Positions 9,203-19,246 of a stretch of DNA of 64,000 bases are shown here, piece after piece. The position numbers and the translations under genes were made by a program. The DNA is from Candidatus Bathyarchaeota archaeon. Its GTDB lineage: Archaea; Thermoproteota; Bathyarchaeia; Bathyarchaeales; Bathycorpusculaceae. Numbering within the stretch: the stretch's first letter is position 1; the number at the start of each line of letters is the position of its first letter. The stretch is from the NCBI GenBank assembly GCA_963707955.1, contig OY970176.1:2272001-2336000 (forward strand), read 5' to 3'. The notes under the pieces were generated by a model. It saw only the letters and a program-made list of their open reading frames with translations. It was not told where the DNA came from and did no database searches.

Positions 9203-10615
9203 CTAATTTTGCCTTGCTAACGTTCCCATAGGATCCCAAGGTGGAAGAACAACAGGTTCGGTGCAGAGAACACTCAAGAGTTCTGGAGAGAGGTATTTTT
9301 TTCTAACAGTTATTTCGAACAGGTATTCGTCGAACCACTTATCCATCATATACATATAACCTCTGTCCCCAATCGTGGCCCCCCAACTGTTTTCAACTCG
9401 CCATTTTTTCGGTTTTCCTTTTTCGTCAAGATCCACACCTGTCAGTACCATAGCGTGTGTCATCTCGCTATTCCTGTATTCCAATCTTCCGGCCTTATCT
9501 AGCTTAAAATCTGTTCCGTAGACGATGTCATAATCATACACGTTCAAATCCATTGCGCCCATGTCTGTTTCAAGCATCTGGCCCACGTCACAGCCAAACC
9601 AAACCGCATGGTTGTCCTTTATCATGTCAACGGCAGCTTTCTTCAATGTGTCTATATCAACGTTTAAGTAATGGACTGGACGTCCACCGATAACGTTACC
9701 GAGATACTGCACCGTGTAGAGTTTATTGTAGGGTTTGTCCTTGGTTGGGGCGTTTATTAGGCAGACTAGATCATCCAGGTCGACGTTCACATATTTCTTG
9801 TAGAACTCTCTCGGTGTCATATTACCATCCCTGTGGAATCTTTTGTCTTTGTCTCGCCATTCCCAGTAGAAGCTGCTCGGAGGTTTCCCTAAGTGAATTG
9901 CAAGCATTCGATAGAACTCCTCAAGTAACTCGCGCTTTGACTTTCGCAATTCCTCTGCAGAAGAGCCCTGAGCATGCATCTCCCTGAGCAACTTCGCATA
10001 TTCCCTCAGCTTGGAGACTAGCAGAGTGTTCATAGAATCGGAATCGCTGCTACTGAATGTCTCCGGCATAAAAGACTTCGGCACAACCCCGTACTTGTCT
10101 ACGAGATTCACGAACATGTCCCACTGTCCACCATCGGGAAGTGGATCAGAGAGAAGCGCCAGAATCATCCGGCTGTCCAGTGGCTCATCCCTGGTCTCGA
10201 TGATGCTCTCAAGGAAATAATTTGCCTTCTCCAATTTATCCCAGAACATCTGGTAGACCTCGGAGAGTTCAAAGGTCTGAAGGTTCAACTTTTTCATAGC
10301 TTCCAGGCAGAGGAGACTAAGCCCAGAGAACAACCAACACCGCCCTGACCGCTCTTGATTAGTAGCCTCCGGTGACTCTATGAGATTACTGAATGTGTAG
10401 TTAATTCGATCGATTTCTTTTCGACTCAAAGCCACAGCTGCAATACCGTTCTGGGTCACCGCGTTCAACGCAAGAAGATTCTTAGGGTCCCTATCAAAAG
10501 ATGCTAAAAATCGCTTAATATCCTCATTCGTGACACTTTGCATCATAATATTTCCCGACCATTTGGGATACATTAACTTAGATATCAATCGAACTAAGTT
10601 AAAGTTTTTGACCAA
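9203..10615 (-). CDS. pepC: aminopeptidase C / bleomycin hydrolase (peptidase C1B); true start probably 10546
   Basis: NQERSGRCWLF, DGGQWDM, MTHAM, WRVENSWG, PWDPMGTLA. Confidence 0.95.
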   Translation of the reverse strand: MVKNFNLVRLISKLMYPKWSGNIMMQSVTNEDIKRFLASFDRDPKNLLALNAVTQNGIAAVALSRKEIDRINYTFSNLIESPEATNQERSGRCWLFSGLSLLCLEAMKKLNLQTFELSEVYQMFWDKLEKANYFLESIIETRDEPLDSRMILALLSDPLPDGGQWDMFVNLVDKYGVVPKSFMPETFSSSDSDSMNTLLVSKLREYAKLLREMHAQGSSAEELRKSKRELLEEFYRMLAIHLGKPPSSFYWEWRDKDKRFHRDGNMTPREFYKKYVNVDLDDLVCLINAPTKDKPYNKLYTVQYLGNVIGGRPVHYLNVDIDTLKKAAVDMIKDNHAVWFGCDVGQMLETDMGAMDLNVYDYDIVYGTDFKLDKAGRLEYRNSEMTHAMVLTGVDLDEKGKPKKWRVENSWGATIGDRGYMYMMDKWFDEYLFEITVRKKYLSPELLSVLCTEPVVLPPWDPMGTLARQN

Positions 10616-10681
10616 GTCTGAATTAACAAGTTACCTAACTAATTCATGGAGCTTTACATCGCGCGCGCTTAAGCCAAGCTT

Positions 10682-12139
10682 TCAAGTCTGCCTCTTACCA
10701 GTGACTCTTCTATAGAAATGTTTAATGTGCTGCAAAGCATGCGCCAGAAACGTCTGTTCTTGCTCATGTGCCCTCTTCAAAACAGCCTCTCGGGAAAGCA
10801 ACTCTTGCTTGAGTTCAGCTATCTCTTTCTTCGGGGAATACTTGATGTAGATGGGCACTCCCACGAGAAGCAAGAGCAGACCTAATGCGATCTGCGTCAG
10901 ACTGCACTGTGTGATCAGGTACAAAGAAAACCCTGCACCCAGAACTGGAATGATCAGCCCACCTCTGAGACGGAAACTGGGCTGTGAGACCTTTCTGCGC
11001 AGGAAAAAGATCGAGGCACTGGTTGCAAGGTAAGAAGCCGCCATGAAAAACACTGAAACAGCAATCAGCATACCGAGACCGCCAATAGTCGGAGCCACTG
11101 AAGCTGCAACAAACGCCGCGGCACCCTCAATTATTATCCCCAGGTAAGGAGTCTTGAACCTTGCATGAACCTTCGCAAACACTTTAGGAAAGAGACCGTC
11201 TGCAGCAAGCGCATACCCAAGTCTTGACGTACCTATCATTCCAGACTCATCAGACCCAGCAACTGAAACCAACGCCCCACCCCCGACTATGTATAGACAT
11301 ATCGCTGCCAAGATCGGCAATGAGACAAGCGCCGCCGTTGTCGCATCGGCCAAAGGAGCGTTGGAACCACCCAACTTGTAAGATGGCATTATTCCAAAAA
11401 GCAAAATGTTCGTTATCAAATAGAAGATTGTCACGATTGTGATCCCAACCACTATGGCCTTCGGAATCGTTTTCCCAGGATCCTTTATCTCCCCTGCTGG
11501 TATAGTTGAGATTTCGAAACCAGCATAGGCCCAGAACACCAGAACGACAGTTATCCCGAAACTTCCCAACCCACCTGGCAAGAACGGCGTAAAATTCCCG
11601 GCTGCTGCAATAGGATGTAGAACCACGAAGAATATGCCAATAATCGCGAAAAGAACCAGCGGGACCAGCTTAACCACAGTCAAGACGTCATTCGTCTTCC
11701 CAGCTGCTTTGACCCCAACGACATTCGTTATGACCAGAAAAGCCACGAACAGTCCCTTGACAAGCGTCTGAATAGGAAAGGAAAGGCTGAGAAAAACCCC
11801 CAAATACTGCACGAACGCCAATGGAAAAACAGCTAACGATACCCATTCAGCCAGCCACAGCGACCAGCCGACCGTGAATCCGGCAAACGGTCCCCAAGCT
11901 TCTTTCGCGTATGCATATGGACCACCGACTTTCGGAAGCAGGGCAGCACACTGAGCGAAACACAGGGCGATCACGATCGCTATGATTCCACAGAAGACCC
12001 AGACCACCAACGAGAAAGGTCCCAAGTATTTGGCTCCAAACGCTGAAGCCACGTAAATGTCAGCACCTATGATGGCTCCAACAACCAGATTCGTCACGTC
12101 AAAAAGTGTGAGCTCCGACTTAAGATCAACCTTAGACAT
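10682..12139 (-). CDS. APC-family amino acid permease
   Basis: GAIIGADI, GGPYAYA, WAYAGFE, about 12 TM segments. Confidence 0.9.
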   Translation of the reverse strand: MSKVDLKSELTLFDVTNLVVGAIIGADIYVASAFGAKYLGPFSLVVWVFCGIIAIVIALCFAQCAALLPKVGGPYAYAKEAWGPFAGFTVGWSLWLAEWVSLAVFPLAFVQYLGVFLSLSFPIQTLVKGLFVAFLVITNVVGVKAAGKTNDVLTVVKLVPLVLFAIIGIFFVVLHPIAAAGNFTPFLPGGLGSFGITVVLVFWAYAGFEISTIPAGEIKDPGKTIPKAIVVGITIVTIFYLITNILLFGIMPSYKLGGSNAPLADATTAALVSLPILAAICLYIVGGGALVSVAGSDESGMIGTSRLGYALAADGLFPKVFAKVHARFKTPYLGIIIEGAAAFVAASVAPTIGGLGMLIAVSVFFMAASYLATSASIFFLRRKVSQPSFRLRGGLIIPVLGAGFSLYLITQCSLTQIALGLLLLLVGVPIYIKYSPKKEIAELKQELLSREAVLKRAHEQEQTFLAHALQHIKHFYRRVTGKRQT

Positions 12140-12301
12140 CGAAACAAGTTAACAGCAAAACTCACATATAAGATATTTCGCTTCGATGCCTAAGCGCGCG
12201 CTTGCCACAAATCAACAGGAAATTGCTTGAATATTCAGATTACATTCGTTCTGAAAAACGGAACATAGCCCAACATCCAACGAGGATTTTTAGTCAAAAG
12301 G

Positions 12302-12406
12302 AAGCTCAGACATGGCAGTAGGCAGACTCTTGACACGTTGATTAGTGAAGAGGCTTACTTGCTTGCAAAGTTTCTGAGGCATGAACGGGAAACATGGGTT
12401 CCAAGA
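12302..12406 (+). pseudogene. probable Cas1 C-terminal remnant (copy 1)
   Basis: KLRHGSRQTLDTLISEEAYLLAKFLRHERETWVPR resembles, from recall, the C-terminus of solo Cas1 proteins of Bathyarchaeia; homologous second copy at 23578-23706. Confidence 0.5.
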
Positions 12407-12646
12407 GAAGAGAGCGCACGCGACGTCAAAGAAGTGAAAGAAATACTTGATGGAAAACGAGATTACGCACTGAATTATGAACCTCCAATAGACGTGAACC
12501 TGAATGAAAAGAAAGAACAGCAGAAAAAACGTGTTTGGACAATTGACTTAGACACTCTTACAGGTCACAGAGCGCGCGACATACTTGCGGATTTCCTTTC
12601 TTTTTCGAAATAGCTTGACTTGCACATGTCACAGACCTTCTTAGAT

Positions 12647-13426
12647 CTAGATTTTATCAGGCTTGGCAGATGCGTCTTGTTTGTACGATTTGTCGTAGAA
12701 GAGATCTGGATCCATCTTCAGATACTCCACGTACAATTCTATTAGCTGTCTTAACTTGACTAGCTCAAGCGTGGCTTCTCCAACCTTGACAGTTTTCATT
12801 ATTCCTCGTGCAATACAAGGATTCGTCAACTTTGCAAAATCTGGGTAAGGACCAAAATCCCATTCCCACTCGCCCTCAGGATACTTCTCAATGAGCCAAT
12901 GTGGCGGAGTGATCTTCTCTAGGATGCGCTCAGGGAGTTGGACAAGTTTCTCAGCCAAGTGCATGGCAGTACAGCTTTCTAGGCCGACGCCGATGAGCAG
13001 TATGTAACCGTCCCGGTCAAGCAGTCTATGCCAGCCTTCTGACAGTTCTTTTGCGTTCGGTCCTAGAGCTGCGATAGAGTTGCTGGGATGAGAGCCGCGG
13101 ACTACACCCTTCCTCTTTCTAAAAGTCTCGGGAATTATGCCCGTTCTTACGGGTGTCTCCTTAGGATCATACGGTAGAAGCTTAAGCAACCATGAAACCC
13201 CTATCGCAATCTCCTCAGGTGTCCTTCGATCTTCAGACACGTTTGCAGAATGCGTCGACATTACTATGTTTCCTTCCTGCCCAACAATCTCCAAGAGAGC
13301 ATCGATAACAGCATCAGCCCCGCCCTCAACGTGCCCGAAACGCCTCAAGGAGCTGTGAACGCCAACAGAGTCGCCTTTCTTCAACCCCAGTGTCCTTAGG
13401 CCAGCCTTAATATGCTCCTTATTCAC
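12647..13426 (-). CDS. AAC(3)/YokD-family N-acetyltransferase
   Basis: VHSSLRRFGHVEGGA, TGIIPETFR, SHPSNS, LLIGVGLESCTAMHLAE. Confidence 0.9.
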   Translation of the reverse strand: MNKEHIKAGLRTLGLKKGDSVGVHSSLRRFGHVEGGADAVIDALLEIVGQEGNIVMSTHSANVSEDRRTPEEIAIGVSWLLKLLPYDPKETPVRTGIIPETFRKRKGVVRGSHPSNSIAALGPNAKELSEGWHRLLDRDGYILLIGVGLESCTAMHLAEKLVQLPERILEKITPPHWLIEKYPEGEWEWDFGPYPDFAKLTNPCIARGIMKTVKVGEATLELVKLRQLIELYVEYLKMDPDLFYDKSYKQDASAKPDKI

Positions 13427-13500
13427 TGACTCCAGATTTCCCTCTCCGCTGCATTCATTCGACGCTTAGCGCGCCGGCTAACTTTTCCGACATATCCAAT

Positions 13501-13631
13501 GTTGGTTGGTTTGGATAAGACTTTACCCTTTTTCTCTCTCCTACTCTACCTTCCTCTCTACCTCTCTTATTCTACTCCTCTTCTCACAAAACTGCACAAT
13601 AAACTATAACTCACACACAAAGAGCGCGCGC
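13501..13631 (+). repeat. strand-asymmetric low-complexity element, copy 1
   Basis: GTTGGTTGG..GGATAAGACTTTACCC, then nearly G-free CT-rich and CA-rich tract, ending in AGCGCGCGC. Confidence 0.6.
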
Positions 13632-13737
13632 CCGCCCCGTAGGAGAAAAGTGTTAGCGATGGAGATGGACGTTGAAGCTTCTTTCGTAAACTTTTTACCA
13701 CTGCAAGTTCACCTATTGCTTAGAGAGAGGAGTTAAA

Positions 13738-16700
13738 TTGTCTAGGAAGACTGTTTCTGCAATAATGCTATTTTTGTTGGTGATAAGCACATTAACATTG
13801 GCATTTAAGATTCAATCAGTCAAAGCAGACGATGGAACTGTCTACGTTAATGCTGACGGAAGCATAAGCCCGATCAGCGGCAATGTTGTCACAAATGTCA
13901 CTTCGTTCGAGGCCATTAGATGGCAGGAAAAAACGTTCTTCGCTGCTGGAAGGTACTGGCTTTTTTATGTTGACGGAGGTTACCCCACAGAGAGCTCCTT
14001 GCCGAGCTCCACGATGTATTATACGACAAGCACGGATGGAGTTTCTTGGACCCCTCCGACCGCACTTGCATCTGGTCTCAGTGAAAACTCTGGAGAAAAC
14101 GTACAGGCATTTCTAAGCAATAGTGGATATCTCCAAGTTTTTTATAGGATTAATAATGAGCTTTTCTACCGCATGGGGAGTCCCAACTCAGACGGTTCAA
14201 TAACGTGGGCGACACCTAGCTGGCAACTCGTCTTCAATGCTAATGCAGCAGAAGGAGAAGCAAGCGGTACGTGTGACTTTTTCGCAATAGTCGACTCTAA
14301 CAATTATCCTTGGGTTTCTTGGGGGTACGTCCAAGAGCCGATACAGTTGCTCAATCCTTCAGACACTAAAATGTACGTTTGGAAAGACGCGTTTAACAAT
14401 GGCACGTGGCAGACTGCCTCAGGCTTTCCCTATAACGTAGGCACTGGCAACTATACAAACGACTTGATGATTCCGCTTTCGAACGGTCAAAATTACGTAA
14501 TGTACTTTCTTGATAATCCCCCCTTAAGCGGTCAGATCTATGGTGAACTGTGGAACGGCACTGCGTGGGGGCCTCAGGAAACATGCACAACCAGTCAGGT
14601 GAATGAGCAATACGTTTGGGGACAGGAATCCTGGGACAGAACTGCAGTTGCGGATTCAAACGATAACATATACCTGGCTTTTTTGTCCACAACACTGAAC
14701 TTGGTTTTTGTCGAGCGCACGATGAGCGGTGGATGGACTAGCGAAACAATCGTGCAAGGTGGCTGTGGCATTTATTCGTCTCCTTCATTCAACTTATACG
14801 ACGACAACCTGCGACTGTTTTGGATTAACAGTTCCACCTCAATATGCTACAAGAAATACGTTGGCGGCGTATGGGATACTGACCCGACTTTGATAGTGAA
14901 TGAAACAAACTCTCAGATTGCAGTCGGCACCTCCGTCGACGGCACGGATGATGGACGTTTAAACGCTTTCACAATGTCTCTTGATGGTAGCATTGGCTTG
15001 TTGTGGGTAAACAATCAAACAGTGACGAACACTGGTCAAATAATGTTCGGGCTTCAACCGCAGACAGCACTGACATTCTCAAACATCGGTTTAAGCAGCA
15101 CAGTAGCAAATTCGACTTGCACGTTCAGCTGTTGTTGGACCGACACGCAAGGACTTGGTGCGTTCATTTTCTCGACAAACAATACCGGCAACTGGCAGAA
15201 CGACTCCACGGTGAGTCTCAGTGGCACTGTCGCGTGGACAAACGTGACGAAGACTTTGAACCCCATAGTGGGCACGGTCGTCGGTTACGAATGGTTCGCA
15301 AACGACACGAATGGCAACTGGGCATCGACAGGAATTCAAACATTAACAACACACGCGCCCGCTGGTTATATCTCGACCGAACCCATTTACATACAGGCCG
15401 ACGGAAGCATACAACCGTCAACAGCGCCGATTTCCAGCGTTGACAACGTGACCTACACGTTAACAAACGATATCACGGCAAACGTCACAGCCAGTTCCAG
15501 CGCAATCATCATACAAAGAGACAACATCACAATAGACGGAGCAGGCCACACGCTGCAAGACTCAGGAGCTTCAGACTCCGAAGGAATAGATTTGACAGGA
15601 AGAAGCAACGTAACAATCAAAAACATGCAAATCACAGCATTCTATTATGGCATCGATCTCAATTCTTCTTCTAACAACAGCGTGAGCGGAAACAACATAA
15701 CAAGCAACAGCTGGGCTGGCATCTGGCTCGATTCTTCTTCTGATAATAATAGCGTGAGCGGAAACTCGTTTGTTAATTGCGGCTTACTTGTGTTTGATTC
15801 CTATGGGAATGTGGTGACTGATAACTTGGTGAACGGTAAACCCTTGGTCTATCTTGAAGATGTGTCAGACTATGCGGTTGGGGACGCTGGGCAAGTCATA
15901 CTCGTCAACTGTAACAACGTAACCGTGGAAAACCTCAACCTATACAACACTAACACAGGCGTTGAACTATGGGAAACAAACAACACCACAATCTCAGATA
16001 ACGACATAACAGCAAACACCAACGACGGTATCTCGTTCTATTCTTCTGCTAATAATAACGTGAGCGGAAACAACGTAACAAACGACGGTGCTGGCGTCGA
16101 TTTCGATTCTTCTTCTGCTAATAATAGTGTGAGCGGAAACAACATAACAAACGACGGCTATGGCATCATGCTCTTTTCTTCTGCTAATAATAGCGTGAGC
16201 GGAAACAACATAACGAACAACGGCTATGGCATCATGCTCTTTTCTTCTGATAATGATAATAGCGTGAGCGGAAACAACATAACGAACAACAGCTGGGCTG
16301 GCATCTATCTCCTTTCTTCTGCTAATAATAGTGTGAGCGGAAACAACATAACGAACAACGGCTATGGCATGATGCTCTTTTCTTCTGCTAATAATGGCGT
16401 GAGCGGAAACAACATAACAAGGAACAGCTGGGCTGGCGTCTATATCGATTATTCTGATAATAATAGTGTGAGCGGAAACAACATAACAAACAACAGGGTT
16501 GGCATTGAGATAGATTCTTCCTCTAAGAATACAGTCTACCATAACAACTTCATAAACAACACCGGCCAAGTTTATTCTTCTGGCTCGACTAGTGTTTGGG
16601 ATGTTGGCTATCCCATTTGTGGAAACTACTGGAGCGACTACAACGGCACAGACTTGTACAGCGGGCAATATCAGAATGTGACTGGAAGCGACGGCATAGG

Positions 16701-17136
16701 CGACACACCATACGTTATTGACGCCAATAACACGGATTTTTACCCTCTGATGGGAGGATTCTCAGACTTCAATGTTGTACAAGGCGTTGATGTTCAGGTT
16801 GTGAGCAACTCCACGGTTTCTGATTTTCAGTTCAACGGAACCGCTATACTCTTCAACGTTTCAGGTACGAATGGGACAACGGGCTTCTGCAACGTGTGCA
16901 TACCAACAGCCCTGTTAAACGGCACTCTCAGCGTGTTCGTTAATGGGACGCAGGTTCAATACAACCTCTTGCCCGTCTCAAACAGCAGTATCAGCTACCT
17001 GTACTTCACCTACGGCCACTCAGCAGAACAGGTCATAATAATGCCCGAGTTTCCTGAGCCTCTCATCCTAGCAATGTCCATGTTAGCGACACTGTTGACA
17101 ATTGCAATCTACAAGAAAAAACATAGCCGTTCTTAG
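13738..17136 (+). CDS. secreted/surface protein: propeller-like N-terminal region, NosD/PbH1 beta-helix, PEF-CTERM-like sorting signal
   Basis: Signal peptide; many NNSVSGNNITNN repeats; GNYWSDY..GDTPY; C-terminal MPEFP + TM + KKK. Confidence 0.9.
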   Translation: MSRKTVSAIMLFLLVISTLTLAFKIQSVKADDGTVYVNADGSISPISGNVVTNVTSFEAIRWQEKTFFAAGRYWLFYVDGGYPTESSLPSSTMYYTTSTDGVSWTPPTALASGLSENSGENVQAFLSNSGYLQVFYRINNELFYRMGSPNSDGSITWATPSWQLVFNANAAEGEASGTCDFFAIVDSNNYPWVSWGYVQEPIQLLNPSDTKMYVWKDAFNNGTWQTASGFPYNVGTGNYTNDLMIPLSNGQNYVMYFLDNPPLSGQIYGELWNGTAWGPQETCTTSQVNEQYVWGQESWDRTAVADSNDNIYLAFLSTTLNLVFVERTMSGGWTSETIVQGGCGIYSSPSFNLYDDNLRLFWINSSTSICYKKYVGGVWDTDPTLIVNETNSQIAVGTSVDGTDDGRLNAFTMSLDGSIGLLWVNNQTVTNTGQIMFGLQPQTALTFSNIGLSSTVANSTCTFSCCWTDTQGLGAFIFSTNNTGNWQNDSTVSLSGTVAWTNVTKTLNPIVGTVVGYEWFANDTNGNWASTGIQTLTTHAPAGYISTEPIYIQADGSIQPSTAPISSVDNVTYTLTNDITANVTASSSAIIIQRDNITIDGAGHTLQDSGASDSEGIDLTGRSNVTIKNMQITAFYYGIDLNSSSNNSVSGNNITSNSWAGIWLDSSSDNNSVSGNSFVNCGLLVFDSYGNVVTDNLVNGKPLVYLEDVSDYAVGDAGQVILVNCNNVTVENLNLYNTNTGVELWETNNTTISDNDITANTNDGISFYSSANNNVSGNNVTNDGAGVDFDSSSANNSVSGNNITNDGYGIMLFSSANNSVSGNNITNNGYGIMLFSSDNDNSVSGNNITNNSWAGIYLLSSANNSVSGNNITNNGYGMMLFSSANNGVSGNNITRNSWAGVYIDYSDNNSVSGNNITNNRVGIEIDSSSKNTVYHNNFINNTGQVYSSGSTSVWDVGYPICGNYWSDYNGTDLYSGQYQNVTGSDGIGDTPYVIDANNTDFYPLMGGFSDFNVVQGVDVQVVSNSTVSDFQFNGTAILFNVSGTNGTTGFCNVCIPTALLNGTLSVFVNGTQVQYNLLPVSNSSISYLYFTYGHSAEQVIIMPEFPEPLILAMSMLATLLTIAIYKKKHSRS
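16030..16500 (+). repeat. 66-69 bp tandem coding repeats (PbH1 coils)
   Basis: About seven near-identical units of tcttctgctaataatagcgtgagcggaaacaacataac. Confidence 0.85.
16620..17136 (+). repeat. ~515-bp inverted duplication arm (partner 21721-22236)
   Basis: 3' ends of the two NosD-like genes are near-identical at DNA level in opposite orientation. Confidence 0.9.
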
Positions 17137-17290
17137 CGTCCGCTTTCTGTCTGTGACTGTCTGTCAGTTTGCGTGTGTTTTTTTTGTTTGTTTGTGTCAA
17201 GGTGTAGAAAGTAAGAGAGATAATTAATAGTAAGTAGAATAGTAGAAGGAAGAAGAAGAAAAAGGCTAACTTTAACCCAAGCCAACCAAC
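17136..17290 (-). repeat. strand-asymmetric low-complexity element, copy 2
   Basis: Minus strand: GTTGGTTGGCTTGGGTTAAAGTTAGCC, CT-rich, CA-rich, GACAGAAAGCGGACGCTA. Confidence 0.6.
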
Positions 17291-17326
17291 AAGACTGAAC
17301 AAACAGAAAAGTATAGACCGCGCTAG

Positions 17327-17560
17327 TTATCTGTGCAATTTTATGACTAACTTGAAATGCTTTGATTCCTTTTGGTTGGTAAAGACCTTGCAAGCTTCCA
17401 AAATGGCCGCGCAGTGCTTGCATTGAAAAAAGGTCGATTCGCGCTTTGCGATGAGCCAAAAACCTTCAGCAGATTTGCACTCTGGACAAGCTGCTGGTGA
17501 TTTGCGGAAGTCTTCAATTTCCCCCAAGCTCAACCTTTCTCCCGAACTGTTTAGAATCAT
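17327..17560 (-). CDS. small zinc-ribbon protein
   Basis: CPEC...CKHC pairs in 77 aa. Confidence 0.65.
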   Translation of the reverse strand: MILNSSGERLSLGEIEDFRKSPAACPECKSAEGFWLIAKRESTFFQCKHCAAILEACKVFTNQKESKHFKLVIKLHR

Positions 17561-18024
17561 GGTCCGATTTATCCCTTATGCGGTCCCGCCAATTCATGTC
17601 AGCGAGTCCCCCGTAAACGAGGGATCTGTCTTCATCTTGCATTGGGCGAATGCTTATTGCGCGTCTAGCCGTCACGTTCCTAATCAAACTTGAGCTTGCT
17701 TTAAAAGTTTGGTTGAGAAGACTGCGTCTCACCAGCATACTTCAGCACATAGTTTCGTGACGAGCCAGCGCGCTAATACATTAGTCCATGCCACCGCTAA
17801 GTATTAGTGCTTTTCAGTCTAGCAATTTCTTGAAAACTCTCATTGACTAGAGATTACTTCTATCACTCCTTTTATGCCAGTTTGACGCGTTTATCCCTTG
17901 GAAAAAAACGGTCATGCTAAGACGGACTTCGGGAGATATCTCCACTTTGTGTTTGGTGCAAACCTTCTGAGTGTGCCGTTTTACTAAAATACAAGAGTTA
18001 GCCCCTATTCTATTGGGACCCGCT

Positions 18025-18927
18025 ATGCCCATAAACGAGCTTGACCTTCTTTTAACTTACAAATGCAACCTAGAATGCGATCATTGCTTTGTCTTCGGGA
18101 GCCCAGATGCAAGAGGTGTGATGAAAATTGCTGACATACGAAAAATATTGAAAGAAGCAAGGAAGATCAAGAGCATTGACTGGATATATATTGAAGGTGG
18201 CGAACCTGTTCTTTACTATCAGATTCTCTTGTGGGGGTTGCGTGAAGCAAAAAAGCAGGGGTTCAAGACAGGGTTTATTACGAATGCTTATTGGGCGACG
18301 TCGATTGAAGATGCAAAAGAATGGCTGAAACCTATTTCAGAAATAGGCATATCTAACGTGATAATAAGCGATGACCTCTTCCACTACGGCAAGGAGGAAG
18401 AAAACCTTTCGAAATATGCTTTTCAGGCAGCCAAGGAGTTGCGAGTTGCTGTAAGCAACATCAGTATAGAGCAACCCAAAGAATACATGACTAGGAAAGA
18501 ATGGAAGGGGAGACCTGTCACAGAAGGAGCTGTGCTATTCAAAGGGAGACCTGCTGAAAAACTCGTTGAAGGCTTGCCGAGGAGGCCATGGGAGAAATTT
18601 GACAAGTGCTTAGACGAGGATTTCTCCAATCAGAAGCGGGTACACATCGACCCCTTCGGGTACGTTCACCTGTGTCAAGGCATAACCATGGGAAACATGA
18701 ATAAGACCCCACTGCACCGATTGTTTGAACAGTTCGACCCATACCAGCACCCTATATGCAAACCAATTCTAAAAGGAGGCCCAGCTGAACTTGTCAGAAC
18801 ATATCATGTTAATCACGAAGAAGCCTATGTGGACGAATGCCACCTCTGCTACTTGACCCGGCTGAAACTGCGAAAGATGTTCCCAGAGATTCTTGCACCC
18901 AACCAGATGTATGGAATCTTCACCTGA
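18025..18927 (+). CDS. radical SAM protein with C-terminal Cys cluster
   Basis: CNLECDHC, EGGEP, TNAYWA, DECHLC. Confidence 0.9.
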   Translation: MPINELDLLLTYKCNLECDHCFVFGSPDARGVMKIADIRKILKEARKIKSIDWIYIEGGEPVLYYQILLWGLREAKKQGFKTGFITNAYWATSIEDAKEWLKPISEIGISNVIISDDLFHYGKEEENLSKYAFQAAKELRVAVSNISIEQPKEYMTRKEWKGRPVTEGAVLFKGRPAEKLVEGLPRRPWEKFDKCLDEDFSNQKRVHIDPFGYVHLCQGITMGNMNKTPLHRLFEQFDPYQHPICKPILKGGPAELVRTYHVNHEEAYVDECHLCYLTRLKLRKMFPEILAPNQMYGIFT

Positions 18928-19008
18928 AACGCACACGCATCTGCATTTCCACGAAGTTAGGGCATGTGACAGACTTGACCCCCTCTTCCAAGCGCATTTC
19001 GCACGCGC

Positions 19009-19123
19009 GACTTAGACCCGAATGGGTTTGAGTCCACTGCTTTAAAAATCCTGTAACCAGCATTCTCTTTGTTCAGGCCAACTGGTTCAGAGCTACTCGA
19101 CCCCATACCCAAAAGGGTTCAGG
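19009..19123 (-). mobile_element. ~115-bp dispersed element with T-arm-like palindromes, copy A
   Basis: Reverse complement matches copies at 32310, 33552, 38771, 42718; flanked on both sides by GC-palindrome variants. Confidence 0.75.
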
Positions 19124-19246
19124 TCCTAGCATGCGCGGCGCAGTGCCCAAACCAAGAACGCAGCACGTGCTATATGTCGGTTGGCTATTTGTTTCGTTCG
19201 AGAAGTCTTATAAGGACAGATATTGGATATTCAAAAGCCAAGGAGC

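Noticed and set aside
8660-9205. Canonical CRISPR array
   Set aside because: Repeats are only 8-14 bp and spacers vary widely; no 24-47 bp regularly spaced repeat exists anywhere in the window.
12647-13426. Bona fide aminoglycoside resistance gene
   Set aside because: The AAC(3)/YokD family is broad; substrate cannot be inferred from sequence.
15994-16668. Antisense repeat ORF and other short shadow ORFs in the track
   Set aside because: They overlap well-supported genes on the opposite strand or frame and have no independent motifs.
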